DNA from: an uncultured Smithella sp.
Lineage (GTDB): Bacteria; Desulfobacterota; Syntrophia; Syntrophales; Smithellaceae
DNA: 64,000 nt
NCBI GenBank assembly: GCA_964469905.1
Contig: CAYXZW010000002.1
Location: forward strand, 34,230-98,229
Direction of reading: 5' to 3'
Below, in pieces: positions 63,665 through 64,000 of the stretch. Below the pieces are notes generated by a model. The model searched no databases. It was not told where the DNA came from and worked only from the letters and a program-made list of their open reading frames with translations. The position numbers and the translations under genes are program-made. The first letter of the stretch is position 1. Every line of letters starts with the position of its first letter.

Positions 63665-64000
63665 TGATTAATACCTGCTGATTTGGATTTACGCCAGTTC
63701 CATTCCGGTTCAGAATCAATTACTGGGAATAGTTGATTGAACCTTCTCAAATAATCGTCAGATTCTGCCTGAGAAAACCATGGAACCCTTTTGGGGCTTC
63801 TGTTTGTGTCAATAAAAAATGGATCTTCGGCGTATTCTTCAAAACTTTTTGGCGCTTTGTAACCCTTCTCAATAGCCATCTGACAGAGCTTGGATCCCGG
63901 ATACGGGGTATAAAAACAGACTTGAAATTTTACTTTGGGGGTGATCTTTAAACACTCGTTCAGGAATTGTCTATTTTCTTCCAGATCTGTCAAGGGACCT
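63661..64000 (-). CDS. C-terminal part of a further radical SAM enzyme (class B-like C-terminal region); gene starts beyond the window
   Basis: The frame is open to the window edge (the listed start is an internal TTG). FQVCFYTPYPGSKLCQMAIEKGY parallels the F(V/M)xGxPG...Y segment of the neighbouring class B enzymes. The stop overlaps the next start (ATGA). Confidence 0.55.
   Translation of the reverse strand, partial: GPLTDLEENRQFLNECLKITPKVKFQVCFYTPYPGSKLCQMAIEKGYKAPKSFEEYAEDPFFIDTNRSPKRVPWFSQAESDDYLRRFNQLFPVIDSEPEWNWRKSKSAGINQ

Overview
The window comes from a diderm (Gram-negative) bacterium. The four radical SAM enzymes, three of them cobalamin-type, hint at an anaerobe, possibly Desulfobacterota-like, but the sequence alone cannot show this. 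No rRNA, tRNA, CRISPR array, transposase, integrase or recognisable defence or toxin genes were found. The window has two parts.

**Part 1, nt 1-17792, plus strand: a conserved outer-membrane and lipid A/core block.**
- Gene order is lysS (3-prime end), lolC/E-lolD, bamA, skp, lpxD, lpxA, a gnnA/gnnB-like oxidoreductase and aminotransferase pair, lpxB, msbA, lpxK, an LpxL-family acyltransferase, waaF, gmhB and waaC.
- It ends with a 55-codon Trm112/YcaR-like ORF that is too short for the ORF track.

**Part 2, nt 17798-64000, minus strand: a 46-kb glycan locus (O-antigen or EPS type).**
- It holds 37 tightly packed, co-directional genes and meets part 1 stop-to-stop with only 5 nt between.
- The machinery present is a Wzx flippase, a Wzy_C-family protein, and a PglC-type initiating transferase next to a PglF/WbpM-type dehydratase and a 4-reductase-like SDR.
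- Glycosyltransferases: four GT4, two polyprenyl-phosphate-type GT2 and one GT9.
- Large polytopic membrane proteins: one is ArnT/PMT-like and one has no recognisable family.
- The tailoring set is unusually dense:
  - 4 radical SAM enzymes, 3 of them class B
  - 5 methyltransferases, one of the sugar C-methyltransferase type
  - 2 AsnB-type amidotransferases and a NodU-type carbamoyltransferase
  - a DegT aminotransferase, 6 SDRs and two 2-epimerases
  - a fused ADH plus Gfo/Idh/MocA oxidoreductase

**Most notable leads.**
- The radical SAM and B12-rich tailoring set sits inside a surface-glycan locus.
- Three sizeable proteins have no confident function (554, 402 and 550 aa).
- A decayed 3-prime relic of a second wzy-like gene marks a recombination junction beside an epimerase cassette.
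- The locus is strongly mosaic in G+C content, including a break inside one ORF.
- A structured palindromic intergenic element is present in two copies.
- BamA carries an extra N-terminal module.

All functional calls rest on motif recognition by eye. No database search was run.
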